From positions 1 to 64,000 of the forward strand of contig BCIN01000007.1 of NCBI GenBank assembly GCA_039545335.1: a stretch of 64,000 nucleotides of DNA, written 5' to 3'. Position 1 is the stretch's first letter. The number at the start of each line of letters is the position of its first letter. Under the pieces are notes generated by a model that made no database searches, was not told the DNA's origin, and saw only the letters and a program-made list of their open reading frames with translations. The DNA is from Kondoa subrosea. Taxonomy: Eukaryota. Positions 24,914-39,419 of the stretch are shown in pieces. A program made the translations under genes and the position numbers.

Positions 24914-25940
24914 TTATTCCCAAATGAGTGCTAAACAGATCACTTTAGGTAGCTGATCGAGATGCAAACGGAAGACTCGCCTCCAGTATCTGAAACCGCT
25001 GCACGCATCCCACCGCTGACTTCCTGACTCTTGATCCCTTTCGCTTGTCTTGCTTTAGCTCTTTGTCTTTCTTCTTCTGCCATCCTCGCTCTGCGGTGTT
25101 CATTGAGTCTAGCTTGCCTTTCTACTTCAGCTTGCTGTTTGGCTTCTTTCATAGCTTGAGCTCGAGCTGCGTTCTGCCTTGACTTCTTATCCGATTGAGA
25201 TCCTAGACCAGGTATTGTACGTTGAGGGGAAGCAGTAGGCGAGGAAGCTGCATAAGAGTCGGAAGCAGTACCTGTGAGATGAGGTCGTCTTTCAGCCGCT
25301 ACATAGCAGGGCGACCTTCGACGCACGTATAGATATGCTCTTGTTACTTTTCTTGGGTACTTCCTCCCATTCTGGCTCTTTCTCCGGGACAGGTTCGAAA
25401 TCCTCAGTTGCATACGATGCTGGTACTTCTTCTGTAGCAGGAGATAGTTCAGGTTCAAGCGAAGATACTTGCTTGGCTGGATCCACAATCTTCATGACTC
25501 GAGCATAAGAAGGGCCTTGTGGATCTTTGAGCATATCATCGACTTTAGTCTTTCGAGCTTTCCCAGCTTTCCGTTCTGCTAGGGGTCTCTGGATAGATAC
25601 ATCCTTTGACTGTTGCTGCTGTGCTGTAGCTGGCAAGGATTTCTCAGGCGATGATTCTGGTTTGACTTCAGGTTGCTCAGGCTGAGTACTAGTTATCGAA
25701 GCTTTGGCTTTAGCATTTGCACGCTTCTTTTGCTTCTTGAGTCCATTCTTGCTCACTTGACTTGATTGTGCACTGTTCGCTGTAGCTAATCCACGTGCAA
25801 TCAAAGCGACGGAGCAAACAACAGCAATGCCAATCTTTGAGACAGACATCAGCTCGTATGCAAGCGAACGCAGCTAAAAGAGTACACACAGCTGCATTGC
25901 TCAACGTCGAGCCCAGGCTAGCGAAAGAGGACTCAGACAT
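24914..25940 (-). CDS. Hypothetical protein with N-terminal TM segment and basic coiled-coil C-terminus
   Basis: Spliced ORF ending ...KKSRQNAARAQAMKEAKQQAEVERQARLNEHRR...DTGALIWE*. The last intron is GC-AG. Confidence 0.65.
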
Positions 25941-26006
25941 GAACGAGTCGCGTTTACAAGGTAAGAAAAGCGAGAACAATATGACGCTTTGATATTGCTA
26001 TGTATT

Positions 26007-28684
26007 TTACATGAATGTTCTAGCTAAGTTTCTCGCCAGTGCCTGCCTGACGACTTTCAATTGCTGTAGAGCAATGGCCAACTTCCTCTCTTCTGAAAGT
26101 TGACCTTTTGTTGCCAAAGTTGCCAGCCTTCCTAATAGCTGTAGTGAACCGGCTGAGTCTCTTCCACTGACTATTACTGGTCCAGTGATGTCTTCCATGC
26201 AGCGCATAAGCTCATAAGTATCTTCAGAATCGAAGAGCGGTTGTTCGTCTATCGGTTTCAAATTAAAAATCAAACATAACACAGTGCAGAGTGATGTAAC
26301 GACGGACCATCAAGCAAAGGTATCGCATCTATCAACAAAACAGCATTGAATCTCTTCGGCGAAACGCCCGATCTGAGCAAATTGACCAATTGTTCCGCAG
26401 CTTGTAATCTTGCGCCTTGTGCAAAGAAAGCATGAAAACCTCTGTACTGCGCCAAGAAGCTGATTTTAGTCTGAAAGACTGAGTAATTGATGGGCGACGG
26501 CTTGCTCAGACCGGAAAGAATATCGTTCTGATCTGCTAAAGAAGCATCTGGATTTTGATCATCTTCTTCCATGTTGAGATCACCATTGACTTGTCTGCCT
26601 ACGGGAGAAAAGAGTTGTGGTCGGAAAGTTGCTGCTTCGGGATGTAGCAGTTTAGTTGGTATCGAATCGACCAGTCGAGCGAATTCATCTTTGCCTGTCC
26701 AGCGAGATGGCACTTCAGCACCCAGGAATCAAGGAAGTAAACCTGACAAACCGTGTTCAATGTACTCTTCCAGCAGATAATCCGCTATTCTCGCTATCCG
26801 CCTCGAATCGCTCGCCTGCACACAATAAGCAATAGCTTTGCCATATTCTCGATTGCTGATCAGCTTCTCAGCGACTTTCTGTGCGCGAAAGACTTGGGTT
26901 AGACTCGCATGAAGTCAAAGATCATCAATCAACGCACCCGGCATATCGCTTCCGCTTCCTGTTGCAAACCATAATCATAGCAAGCCTTGATCACATCATG
27001 TACCGTCGTCTGTTCTCCTTTTGCTCCTGAATCTGTCGTGGCATTGGAAGTAGGGTCGGCATAAGGTAAATGCAAGATCAATTTCGACAATCTCGTTCGA
27101 CCAGCTTGACCGGCGAAATGTAAGTAGTGTAGCGTCATTCGCCAGAGACCTGGATCAGACTGGAGTTGATCGGTATAGCGCAGAATAAACCATTCACGGA
27201 AAGTATAGTCAGCTCTGCAAATTGGTCCTTCGTCAAACAAAGCTGGAAAGGCAACGAGAGAGCCTACTCTGGATCCACTTCTATAGCATTGACTTTGTCG
27301 AGGATATCCGTTAGGTGAGTGGAAAGCCAAAGATCCATTTCGTCGCATTTTGGCAAAGCCTGTGAATTATGAAACAAGCTCAGCCAAAGTCTTTTGGCTC
27401 GGCCTCGGATTTACCAGCGCTGGATTGCCCATCAATAGATGTTTCTGAATCTCATCAACAGTGGAAGCAGGATCTGGCGGTATTGCATCAAAGATCAGTT
27501 GCGCGACTTCTCTGTCGGGCACAGTGAGTATTTAAGCTCAATGCGCCTACTTCAATCACCAAGACCGACCTCAGATCATCCAGTACCAACGTCGGCCTGA
27601 CAAGAATACCCCAACAAGCCAAAGCCTCTCTCCAATCTTCCGCTTGTTCGAGAATAATATCTTCCTTTCCATTGAGCATGTTGAGAATGATGGTATATCT
27701 AGCCAACCAAAGGTTCTTTTCATCTTCGCTCACTTCCTCTTCATCTCCACCTTCCCAAGCAGTAGGGTCATCGATATTATCCACCATTTCCCTGATTGCA
27801 TCTTTAACCCTTCTTTTGTATCTATGAAACTCTCTAACGAAATCTTCAGGAGCCATGATAGTTTCATTGAGTGAAGTAGTGTAATCTTTGAGTTGAGGGA
27901 AAGTGGAAAGGAGTTGAGCTAGAGTCTCTGCACCTTCGCTAACGAAAGGTAACGGATGATCTCTCAATGATTGGATAAGTGTTGCAGCTGATCGAAATAA
28001 ACCACGCAATACACATCTTGGCACGTAGGACCAAAACAAATCTGCGTTTTCGTATGGTATTGCCGATGAAGCTAATTCGAGACCATCGGCATTGGAAGGT
28101 GCTGGATCTGATTTATTGAGCCATAAGAGTAGTTCAGGACCAATGGGAGCTTTGCCTTCTCCGTCTTCAGGTAAATAGAGTAATTGAGCCAAATGAAAGA
28201 TTGTGTAAATGGATTTCAAATGCAGGCGTTCTTTGAGTAAAAGATTGAATCTGTCGTCGTCGTCTTCTGGTACAGCGCTCGATTGCTTTTCTAGTCTTTC
28301 CAGATGAGACATGATATTTCCACGATAAAGCGAAGCGATTCTTGAATACTGATGGCATCTTTCAGCTGAGGGCATGCCATAGCGTTGATGAAGATCATCT
28401 TGCTCGTCTTCTAGTCCATATTGCGAATCAGGTGTAGCTGCTATAGATTGCAGACCAGCAAAGACTGTGTATGAGTCTGCAATAAATTGCCTTCTTTCAG
28501 GTGGGATCTGATCAAAAGCAGCAAAGTAGATGTTTGCTTCAGATTCTTTGCTTGCTGATGGAGCTTGACTAGAATTGCTTGAAGTGCTTGCAAAGACAGC
28601 AACCGAATTGCTCGAAGGAATCAGACAGGCTGATAATGAAGTCTGTCCCTCAATAGGTGGGTCCAAGTACGTGATAGGGCCCAT
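26007..28684 (-). CDS. NUP85: Nucleoporin Nup85
   Basis: FWSYVPRCVLRGLF, DWREALA, LWRMTLHYL, FDSEDTYELMRCME and RQALARNLARTFM motifs typical of fungal Nup85. Confidence 0.8.
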
Positions 28685-28907
28685 CGTCGCGCTTCAAAAA
28701 CTGATGCTCAGAACCCTTTGCAGAAGTTCAGTCAATGCAACTCAAAAGCTACAAACTCCACGTGACGTTTTGTTGTTTCCAAAGGATTTCTCTTTGTCCC
28801 TCTTTCGCATCGCATTCCAACATCTGACTGTCCTCCCAGTGAACTATCCGGTGCAAGTGTAAGCAGTGAAAAGCGGCGCGACGTATCAGCAGCAGGACTT
28901 TGCAAAC

Positions 28908-31333
28908 ATGGGCATCAATTCTATCTCCTCTGGCTCAAGCAAGTCTGCAAGTCAAGGCAGCAAGTCTACTACCACTGGCAATGCAGGCGGCTCATCACTT
29001 CGTACCATGTCCCGTTCTTTCTCTCACAACTCTGCAGTCTTGTCCAACAAACCAGTCAACGTACCAGCATCGAAACCATTGGAGAGCATGTTTGACGATG
29101 ACGAGGATACTCTCTCTGCTTCACAATGGCCTGCTTCTCCGCCTCCTGCGAAAAAAATGTCAAGCGTTCTCCCGCCTGGTTATAAAGCTAAACCAGCTGT
29201 AGCTTTGGGTAACAACAAGGGAACCAACAATGCTGCTGCTTCGAGAGCTCATTGGGGTCAAAAAGCAGCCAGTACTTCCAATCTCAATAACCCTTCTGTC
29301 TCTTCCGCTTCTTCTTCCGTTTGCAAACCAATTGCTGCAAAACGTACCTATCCTTGGGAAACCATGGCAGATCCAGTCAAGAAACACAAAGCTTCAGCTT
29401 CAGATGGCGGGAAAGGTGCTTTCCATACTCTTTCTACTGGTACTGGTGCAGCAGCTGGGCCTTCCAAAACCAACATGCTTACCGACAACTCACTCAACAT
29501 CAAACAGAAAGTCGTTCTCTCTTCTGAACAGCAGAAGATTCTCAGCATGGTTACCACCGAAGGAAAGAACATCTTCTTCACTGGGTCTGCAGGTATGTCC
29601 ATCATTCCTTTTTTACCGTCCAGGACACGTGCTGACGTTGTACTCTAAGGAACTGGTAAATCTGTACTACTGCGAGAAATCATTCAATCCCTCAAACAAA
29701 AGCATCGACGAGCAGAAGCTGTTTGCATCACCGCTTCAACTGGAATGGCAGCTTGTAACATTGGCGGAACGACTATTCATTCTTTTGCTGGTATAGGCTT
29801 GGGCACAGAATCTGTTCCAGAACTAGTAAACAAGATCAAAAAGAACAGAAAAGCAGTTTCACGTTGGCAAAGAGCTCTATGTTTGGTGATTGATGAAATT
29901 TCTATGGTGGATGGAGATTTGTTTGACAAATTGGCCGGAATCGCTTGTGCTTTGAGAAAGAAACCGGATAAACCTTTTGGTGGTTTGCAACTTATCGTTA
30001 CTGGTGATTTCTTCCAATTACCACCTGTTTCAAAGGGAGGGAATGCGAAATTCGCTTTTGAAGCAAAGCAATGGAAGGACTGCATTGATCATACAGTCAA
30101 TCTCACTCAAGTTTTCCGTCAAAAAGATACTGGTATGTTCTTTCTCCCTTATAACCCTTTAATATCATACTCACAGTGAACGATAGAATTCATTGACATG
30201 TTGAACGAAATGCGATTCGGAAGTCTCTCTGCAAAATCGATTAGCAAATTCAAAGCCTTAGCTAGAGAACCTTCTTATCCAAATGATGGGATCGCTCCTA
30301 CCGAGCTCTTCGCCATGCGAGCCGAAGTCGATAAATCAAACAACGGTCGCCTCTCAGCTTTATCTGGTGAAACTCAAACTTACGATGCAGAAGATTCTGG
30401 TGTTGATGCTGGACCTGTTTTGGAAAAGTTGTTGGACAATATGATGGCTCCTAAACGCTTGGTTCTGAAAATTGGTTGTCAAGTCATGTTGATCAAAAAC
30501 AAAGATGAGCGTTTGGTCAATGGTTCAACTGGGAAAGTCGTTGCTTTCGCTCCCCCTGGTGCTGGGCCGAATGGAGATGCGGATGATTCGGATTCGGAGG
30601 ATGTCCAACCAAAAATCAAATTGGAATCTAAAGTTGACTTGACTGGTATGGCTGGATTGAAGAAACAAATCATTGGACCAAAAGGAACTACCGAACTTGT
30701 ACCTTGGGTCGAATGGCAATTGCCTGATGGGCGCAAGCTGTCTCCTGAACCAGTCGCAAGAGAAGAATTCAAAATCGAGCAAGGTGAAATCGTCAAGGCT
30801 AGACGCAAGCAGGTAAGCTATGTCTGTCTATCTGTACCTCATAGTATTCTGATGCGTGATCTTGTAGTTCCCTATAATTCTTGCCTGTTTGTTTTTCGCT
30901 GTTTGCATACAAGCCGATAATAATCCGGTTTGCAGGGGCTGTGTCCATTCACAAAAGTCAAGGTCAAACACTTAGTCGTGTTAAAGTCGATCTTGGCAAG
31001 GTCTTTGAAGCTGGTAAGTGCGTTGCTTCCGTTTCGAAACTGTTTCTCAGGTTGTTTCTAGGTCAATCTTATGTCGTGCGTTCGGTACGAAGAGGCCTAT
31101 GGAACGCTAATTAGGCAAACAGGCTTTGTCTCGAGCTACTTCTATGCAAGCTTTACAGGTCTTACGATTCGACCCTAGCAAAGTAAGCTCACTTATGATT
31201 CGTGGCCTTCTGCTCTGATTCTAAACAGGTTCGCTGCCATCCCAAGGTGAGCTGCGTTTACTATGGCAGCTCCATTGTGCTGAATTTGTTGCAGGTCAAG
31301 CAATGGTCAGAAAGCCTTGAGGTGCTGGACTAG
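28908..31333 (+). CDS. PIF1: Pif1-family 5'-3' DNA helicase
   Basis: [66 protein letters not shown] and GQSYVALSRA. Confidence 0.95.
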
Positions 31334-31563
31334 GCATCATCTCTAAGAAATCTTAATCTCGCTTCGTTATTCGCATTCATACTTTCTCGTTCTGCATTCG
31401 TAATTACGCATACCATTGTCTCTCTGTAGAACTTGCATACCTCACTGAAAATTGGAAAAGGAATGGAAATGCTATAGCCATTGTATTCTGCACATGATCT
31501 GAGTGTGAAATATGCTCTGAAACTATCGAAAGGCGACCCCTGAATGCTTTACTGATGCTACTG

Positions 31564-34368
31564 TCACGATCTAACCGATGTTTTTGCCTCGTCGAGTTTC
31601 CCTGAACTTCTCTTCATATTCAATGCTGGTCTTGAGGGAGATTTCTTGGTTGTCCTTAGTGAGAGTGAAGCAGGAGGCGACGTTGACTTTGGTGGGGACA
31701 GAACTGGATCCGAATTCGGTCGACCTTTAGTATTTGGAACATCGATAGCTTGAGCAGAAGGTGGTATAGCAACGGGAGAGGGTAAAGAATCCATTGAAGC
31801 TGCCGGAATCGAGCGCATGGGTTCAGCACTTGACATCCATGCACTTTCGGTTTCCTTCGATCTAGCTTTGACAGATCGAGGAGCCGGAGCAGCTGATTCC
31901 GAGACCACCCTTCGAGACGAAGATGGAGCTGGGGAAGATGAAGAGTCTTTCGGGGGGCGATGGACCTCGAAGCCTTCTCCACGAGATGTTGTACGCTTGA
32001 CATTGATTAGAGGTGTTGTAGAAGCAGCTAGGGAAGCTGATCGATCAGGTTTGGAATGCACCAGTCTTGCGCTCGGTATGACTTGTTCTGTCTCTATTTC
32101 TCGTTTTCTCAATGGCTGATCATCTGTCGGATCATCTACAGGATCGGAGTGATTGCTTTCGATTGAAGCAGTGTAAGCTGATGCCGCATAGCCAGAATCA
32201 GTGTCGTTCATTTGCTCTGGTGTATTAATCTCAGGTACTGGTATTGGTTTGGGAGGAGGCACAGATGAGGGTTTCGGCGTAGCTGGATGTTGCGGTTTGT
32301 TGATGACTGATAGATACCAGAACATGAGGTTCCTGTGAGCCAAAGAATCAATACAGCAATCAATCTGTCGAGCTGATGCCATGCTTACGAAATCAAGACT
32401 TGTTCATATAAAGGTCTTCTCGGATTGGCCAATTTGATATGACTCAATCGATATACCGCTCTTTCGACATGTATAGGTAAGCGATAGAAATTAGTGTACT
32501 TGCCGTTCTTGCCCATCATACCACTTGCAGTCGGTGAAAGAGCTTGAGCAGGCGGTGTTGTGCTCCCTCCAGCTTCATTTTCACCATGGGACGGACGTTT
32601 CTTGAAGAGGCCAAAGAAACCGCTGCCCTCTTTCTCCTTCTCTTTCTCCTTCTCTTTGCTCGTCGTTGTAGATGATGCAGAAAGGTTCCGTACTTCATCG
32701 ACCACCTCGCCCATTGATTTCTTTCCTCTTTTCTTCTTCTTATCCATCACTTCATCTTCGGCAGGCGAAGTAGATGTTGGGTCATCATGCATTGTTACAG
32801 AGGACGACGAAGCAGTCCGACTGAGACCAAAGCGTGCCCAAGTAGACTTCTTCTCCTTTTCCTTGTCTTTCTCTTTGCTTGAAGGAAGTGAAACTGCATT
32901 GATCGGTTTTGCGACTGCTGCTTCGGATATCGGTGTACTAGAAGTAGACGTTGATGCTAAAGGTCGAACTTGGTCTTCACTGTACCGTCTGCTTGCGCTC
33001 GGTCTAGGTGGAACAACTTCACGAGGCGGAGAAGCATTTCTTCGACCAGGATAAGTTTGGAATTGCTGTTCTATTTGGGGTTCAGCAACTATTGCGCCAA
33101 ACTCTGAAGTAGAGGGTTCAGAAGGTTGTTGTTGAGGATCGAGGAAAGAATCGCCAGATATGGACCTTTGATGCTTTGGTGTAGGTCTTACGGGAATAAT
33201 TGTGACAGGTGGAGCAGTCGTAGCAGGAGCAGAAGAAGAGATTTCAGGAGGTTCAGAGTAAGAAGCGGAAGTTGGTCGATGATAGCCGGCCGAAAGACGT
33301 GCTGCGGCTTTCGTTGGCGAAGGACTGGTAGGGCTGACAGTTTTAGTCAGAGGTTCTCCGAACTCTTTCTCAGGCGTAGTAGGATCAGCAGACTGATCTT
33401 CGACGGAAGGAGAGGCAGCCATTTTCGTCCGACGAGAAGCAGCAAAACGATGACCGTTCCCGTCTCCAAGCAGTGAAGGTTTGCGAATCTTTGTGCGAGC
33501 TGACCTACGAAGAATAGAGCCTGGTGCTGGCACGATCAAAGGAGAATCCGCCGCTTCCGAGTCTTGGTCTGTTCGTTTGCAGCAATTATTTAGCTTCAGA
33601 CATGAAGCACAATCACTTCTAACGAACCTTCTGACGACCTCGACTGATCAAGAGAGAGACTTCTCCGCAGCAGATTGGTCAGCCTTAACTGACCCTGTTC
33701 ATCTTGACCGGTTTCCTGCGCAGCTTGAGCAGCGAGCTGTTCCAATCTTTGCAAATCCGATATAGTCAACCCTTCCAGTCCACCCTGCTTCTTTTTGAGC
33801 GATCCCCGACTTTCCAAAGGACTGGATTCATCTTCTGAAGATAAAGCAGAGTCCGGATCTACTTGTCTTGACAACATAGATTTCCTTCTGTCCAGACCAC
33901 CTCCAAATGATTTCCCACTTGTCCTTCTTTGTAGATTTTCAGGTTTAGTCTGTTCCCTCAGGAATTGCTTGAATTTCTGGGGAGCGATTTCAGGATGCAA
34001 ATGAGCAGGTAACCAAAAGAGATCGGATAAAGGTAAAGCTGTGTCGGAATCTGAAGAAGTGGCGATATCATCTGATGGTAGACCATCTAGGACTTCAGCT
34101 GTTGGTGAGATTGGGTAAGAAAGGTTCGAGATTGGTCCTGCCGCTGGAATTGCTGATGTGGACGGAATTGAAGGAGTTGAGGAAAGCAGGTCTGGATCAA
34201 GAAGACCTTCGGAAGGCTGAGAAAGAGATCTTCTTCGTAAGTTCCGAAGACTGTTAAGTTCAGCTTGAAGTTCGCCCGGACTGGATTTATATGGAGACAA
34301 TTTTAGTCACGGCAATAGAATAGAATTGCAGTGAATACTAACGTGATGAGATGATCTTCATGCTCCAT
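31564..34368 (-). CDS. Zds1-like protein (Zds_C domain)
   Basis: RLPIHVERAVYRLSHIKLANPRRPLYEQVLISNLMFWYL Zds C-terminal motif and LFWLPAHLHPEIAPQKFKQFL N-terminal motif. Confidence 0.88.
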
Positions 34369-34797
34369 GATTGCAGCGCTGTCAGCAGCCTGGGCTGTTC
34401 AAGCAGGAGATCCAAGTGTCGACCTTGATAGGCGTGCCGAGAGAATGCTGGCCCAGTATAGCGCGGATAGTTCTCCGTTTTACACAATGAGACAGATCAC
34501 AGCATTCAGGGTATAGCCTTGTTGCTCCTCCCAGTCGCAGATACAGCCCTTGATTGATGAAACAAGACTTCAGGTCAAGTCAGCCGAATTCCAGATTCCG
34601 CTCCAGCAATTGTCAGCTTCTCCTGCTGAGTCTTGAGCGGGTCAGAGATCCAAGGCCTGGGAGAGGAGAGCTGCACACAGAGGGGGATACTGAGATAACT
34701 TAACAAGGAAGGATAATATTTGAAAGCCTTTGTTGATTCGAGGCAACAACATCTCTTTCTCTTTTCTCTCTCTCTCCCCTTCTCTCCCACAAGAGGA

Positions 34798-36958
34798 ATG
34801 GTGAAGGTTGTGGCTGATCAGGCTACAAGTGGACTCTCGCTGGACACCTGCAAAGGCTTGCTGGATCAGTTACCCGACTTTGGTCAAACGCAACTTCGAC
34901 ATTGGTGCAAGACAGCTGGCTTGTCTGCTGCTGGATCTGTTAGTCACATCTTTTGCCACTTTCTGTAGAGTGCCAATTGCTGTTTTGTTAGAACGTTGTG
35001 ATGCAAGACCGGCTCAAACAATACATCACTGACAGGCTGAGTGAACAAGCTCCAGCACCTACTGCTCCAGCGCATATCATCACTATTCCTGTGGTATGTA
35101 GCAAATCTTCTTCCTTATCTTCCAAAGCATTTCCGCTTCGAGCAAAGATTCCCTCTCTACGCTCACACCCTTCTTCAAATCTCGACGACTCTTTCGCTAT
35201 CATTGAGAGCGGGTCCTTAGGAATAGAGCAACCAACTGCTATTGGACAATCAAGACAAAACTCGCCTTCTAGCAGAGCACCTTCGACCTCGGCTTTATCA
35301 CCTGTTCGGCATGCAGCATCTAAGCCTTCAAGTGCATCGGGCTATCCTGGTTGGACTGAAGACATGACCCGTGATTCTATTAAACCAGATGAATCGAATT
35401 CTACTCTTGACCCAGCCAACATTTCCGATGCATCGACCGTTTCCAACTCTGATCCACAGGATGTAGAAATGGCAAAAGAGGAATCTCTCTCTCCTGCACC
35501 AATTCTTCCTCAGATCCGTCGAGTAGTTTCCAGGCCACTGCCTTTCCTGACTTCAGACCTCACACCCAAATCAAGCAAAAGAATCGCTTCCACCGTTTTC
35601 TCTCCACCACAACAGATTACGTCTACTCCCAATTCAGCTTCAAAAGCTTCTGCAGCTTTTCCCATTTCGCCTGCACCATTCCAATTCGGTTCACCTAACC
35701 CTCAATCCAAATTCACTTTCTCTCCTCCCGCTATAGAAACAGTCCAAGAAAAGATAATGACTGAAGTTAATAGACGAATAGAGCAAGATGGAGGAGTGAA
35801 AGTTGGGGTCAGCTATACTACTTTATACCCTCAAGCTAGAGATGAGGAGATGGAAGTGCTGCATGATAAAGGAGGAGCAGGAGATAGATTCGGAGCAGCT
35901 CATGCTAAAGAGTTTGAAAGGTCTTTTTTCTCCCTTACCGTTATTCATTGATATGAACTGAGCAGGAGTTAACTAGAATGCAATCCATTTCTTCGCTCAA
36001 AGGAAAACGGAAAGCTTCGGCTGAAGAAGCATTAATAACAGAAGGAGGGATGAAACGATCCGCATCAGCTACTTCTCTTCTCGAACGAGCGTCAAAAAAG
36101 ATCAAATTCGGATCCGGTTCTTCCAAACCTGGCCTCGAAGCGAAATTAGCCAATGGACTGAGAGAAGGTGGTTGGGCTGAAGATGAGGCTGTAGACAAGA
36201 GAGTCAGGGTGAAAGATGAACGATTAAGAAGCGAGGCGGATCGAAGAGCTGTACGAAAATCTCGACATTCGGTTGGCGGAAGAAGAAAGAGTTTGAGTAA
36301 GCATCTGCTTTCTTTGACAGAAAGTAGACAAGCTGAGATATTGGCTGCAGTCGAAATCAAGAAGAAATCTTGGCTTACAAAAGCGACTGATAAATTCAAG
36401 TCAGCCTTAGGCGTTACAGCAACATCAAACCCACCTCAAGCATCTGCTTCTGCTACAAAATATACCTACACTCATCCTGCCATGGTCTCAAATGATACTC
36501 ATTGTGGTACACTGCCTCGATTTGCTTTACCCACCACAGCGTCTGTTGCTAAGATCAACACGGTCAAGAATAAGCCCAGAGGTAACTGCTCTTTCTTCGC
36601 ATATCGGCTCATGAAGCTGAATTGTTATTCGCAGACATTTCTGGACCTTCAATACGAGCAGTAACTTCACCTATAGTAGATGATGGTGAAGTCCAACCTC
36701 CGTGCTTTAGGCATTCGTTGATTCTTTGTAACAGCAATGGCATCTCCGGAAAAGCGTCACATAGCAGCAAAGGCCAGACGTGTAGCCCTGCAGGAAGCAC
36801 ATTCCTCACTGAAGCTCAATATCAAATCACCAAATAGAATCAATACTTCTACTCCTCGGAAGGTCCGTTCAACTACGTCGACTCAGCACAGCATGAGGAA
36901 GACTACGCCTAATCCAAGCAGTGCTGGGATTGGTCTTGGTCGACCAGGTTGGAAGTAG
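34798..36958 (+). CDS. Hypothetical low-complexity S/P-rich protein with possible N-terminal SAP-like motif
   Basis: QLRHWCKTAGLSAAGS..MQDRL resembles a SAP motif. Long exons at 34998-35920 and 35978-36581. Confidence 0.6.
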
Positions 36959-37389
36959 GCTATGGACATTTTTTTACCTGATTGGCTGTGTATGTTTGAA
37001 CGCTCACGCTGTACTCTTTGCATCTCGTTGTATACCAATCATATTGTATGCCGAATTTTAGGCCTTGTCTTAGATTTCGACCACGCGCGCTACTCGACCT
37101 GGAACCAGCATCATTTCGACTTTCCCAAAGGCTCTTCAGTCTGAACCAGCACAGTCCAATTTGTAACTTGTATCTCTTGTACACTAGTCCTTTTCCCGTG
37201 CACCTACAAAAGCCAGCTTATCCTCGTTCGGAACTCTTTCCCTCAGAAGATCAAATCAGCAAGGCACTTTCATTGGCATAAGTCACCTACTTTCCCGCTC
37301 CGACCTGGTCGATCTCTCTTACTTCTCTCTGCATCTGTCTGCTCGTTCCAGCTCCCGTTCTAGACCAAGTATTCAAGTGAAGCTGAAGC

Positions 37390-39118
37390 ATGGCGACTTC
37401 TTCCATAATATCTACTTCTGGCTACAACCTGGATGTGGTCAATATAATAATGGACAACCTACATCTCAGTAACATGGAGTACGACGAGAAACGAGCGGTA
37501 CCATATGCAACATTTGCAAGATTATGCAGAATCAACAAATCTTGGCTCAGTCTAGGTCGAGCCCATCTCTTTCGCAGCATCTACGAAGAACGATTGCAAA
37601 TGGATCGTATCCTCAAATTACTGAAGCTTTTGGATGAGAAACCTGCTTTCGGCAAATATGTCAAGAACTTGCGTTGTGGTCTGATTCGCTCAGAACGGGA
37701 AAGACCAGTACATGTTCCACCTCCTGATTCATTCACTCCTCAACCTGTTCTTCGTCAAGATGTGATGGAAGGCCCTTTCTTACCTGAATCATTCAGTCAC
37801 GCCATGTTCAAGCATTTACTTTCTCATCTAACCGATCTCAAAACCCTATCTATCAACGGTTATGAATATTCTACCCACCCTGGTATTGATATCAGTGCAA
37901 TTTCCTCTTCTCTCATTGAATTTGGCCAATTTAGGACTTTGACCAAGATTGATCTATCATACGTCGGTTTTCCTACACGCAAATACCTTCAATCTACCGA
38001 ACCTGAATCCATAGCTGCAACTCATCGGCAATTCAAAGCTCTTCTTTCGCTCAATAGTATGGTATCACTTGGAATGTATTGGGAAGATAGCCCAAGTTTC
38101 TACTCGGCTTGGGAATGGCAATTGCCTTTATATCCTCGCATTAACGCAAACGCTGTCCCTACTTCAGCTCTCAGACATCTCGTCCTCTGTCACGACCCAA
38201 ATTTACCTGCGCTGATGGATCATATTCCCTCAACCTTGGAAAGTCTCACCATCATACGCACATCTACCGGAGATGCACTCACTTTGGCGCAAATTATGGC
38301 CAAGCTTCATCTACTTCCTAATCTTCGTGATCTTTTGTTACTATCATATTGTTAGTGCATCTCCTTTGATTCGTGCTTGTACTGCGCTCATACATATCTT
38401 TTTAGACTTTATTCGATCGCCAGTCATGGCAACTATATTCGATGCTATCGCAGCAAGCTTCATCGAAAGATTCGCTTGGTCATCCCGAATCAGACCAGAA
38501 TCTTTGGAAACCTTTTTCCGAGGCCCATCAAGTCTGAAAACCCTTCGTCTGAGAGTTTCTCAAGCCGACATTGAGAGAACTTTATCCCATATCATGACCC
38601 AAGATTGTCCTCGGCTCAATGCAATCATACTCGAAGACCAATCGGATTCTATTGGTTCACCAACTTGGGAAGAATACCATAAATATCGATTACCTTATAT
38701 CCAATCTCTTGAAGCTTCTTACGCCGATATGGGGATCAAGGTGGATTGTCGTTATAAAGCAAGAGTAGCTTATCTGGCTCATACAGCTAAGCCATCTGCC
38801 ACTTTGGAAGAAGTACAGCAAGCTGCCTTGAACGCTGAAAGACTTGAAGAAGGTCTGGAAAGGAGAAGAACGGAGTATCAACGGTTGGAAGCGGAAAGAT
38901 ATAGGAATACTATGGCAAGAAGGAATGCTCAAGCTGTGTCAACCGCGCGTGGGATTCGTCCTACAAACACATCGAACTCTATTGCTAGCGGTAGTGGGCC
39001 CTCTGCTGCGACTGCTGGTCCTTTATTCACGATAATCACTGACTCAGTCGATGGTAAGCCCATCTCTTGTCTCTATATTTGTGAATCGTGCTGAAGCTAT
39101 TCAATAGATCTCGCTTGA
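37390..39118 (+). CDS. F-box-like / RNI-like leucine-rich repeat protein
   Basis: FARLCRINKSWLSLGRAHLFRSI F-box-like end and LxxLxL repeats. Two introns. Confidence 0.65.
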
Positions 39119-39419
39119 CTCCTAATGTGGGCAGTAGTGACTGCCACACTTATGATTAATGTTTTCACTATACTTCTTTACCTTGACCGCGTCAGCGTTC
39201 GTCTTACAGAATGATCTTGTTCAGTTCAATTCTCTTTGTACTAGTACAGTAGATGTATTTACGCGTAATAGAAACTCTTTGAGTACCTTTCCATGCTTTC
39301 TCTTTGAACTTTGAAGGCATGCCTTGTCTGGGACCGGAAGCGACTGATCTTCTACCAACGTCGACACGAGTACTCCTCTGCTGCATCGATCCACGTTCGT
39401 TGCTACCGGCTACTGGCTT

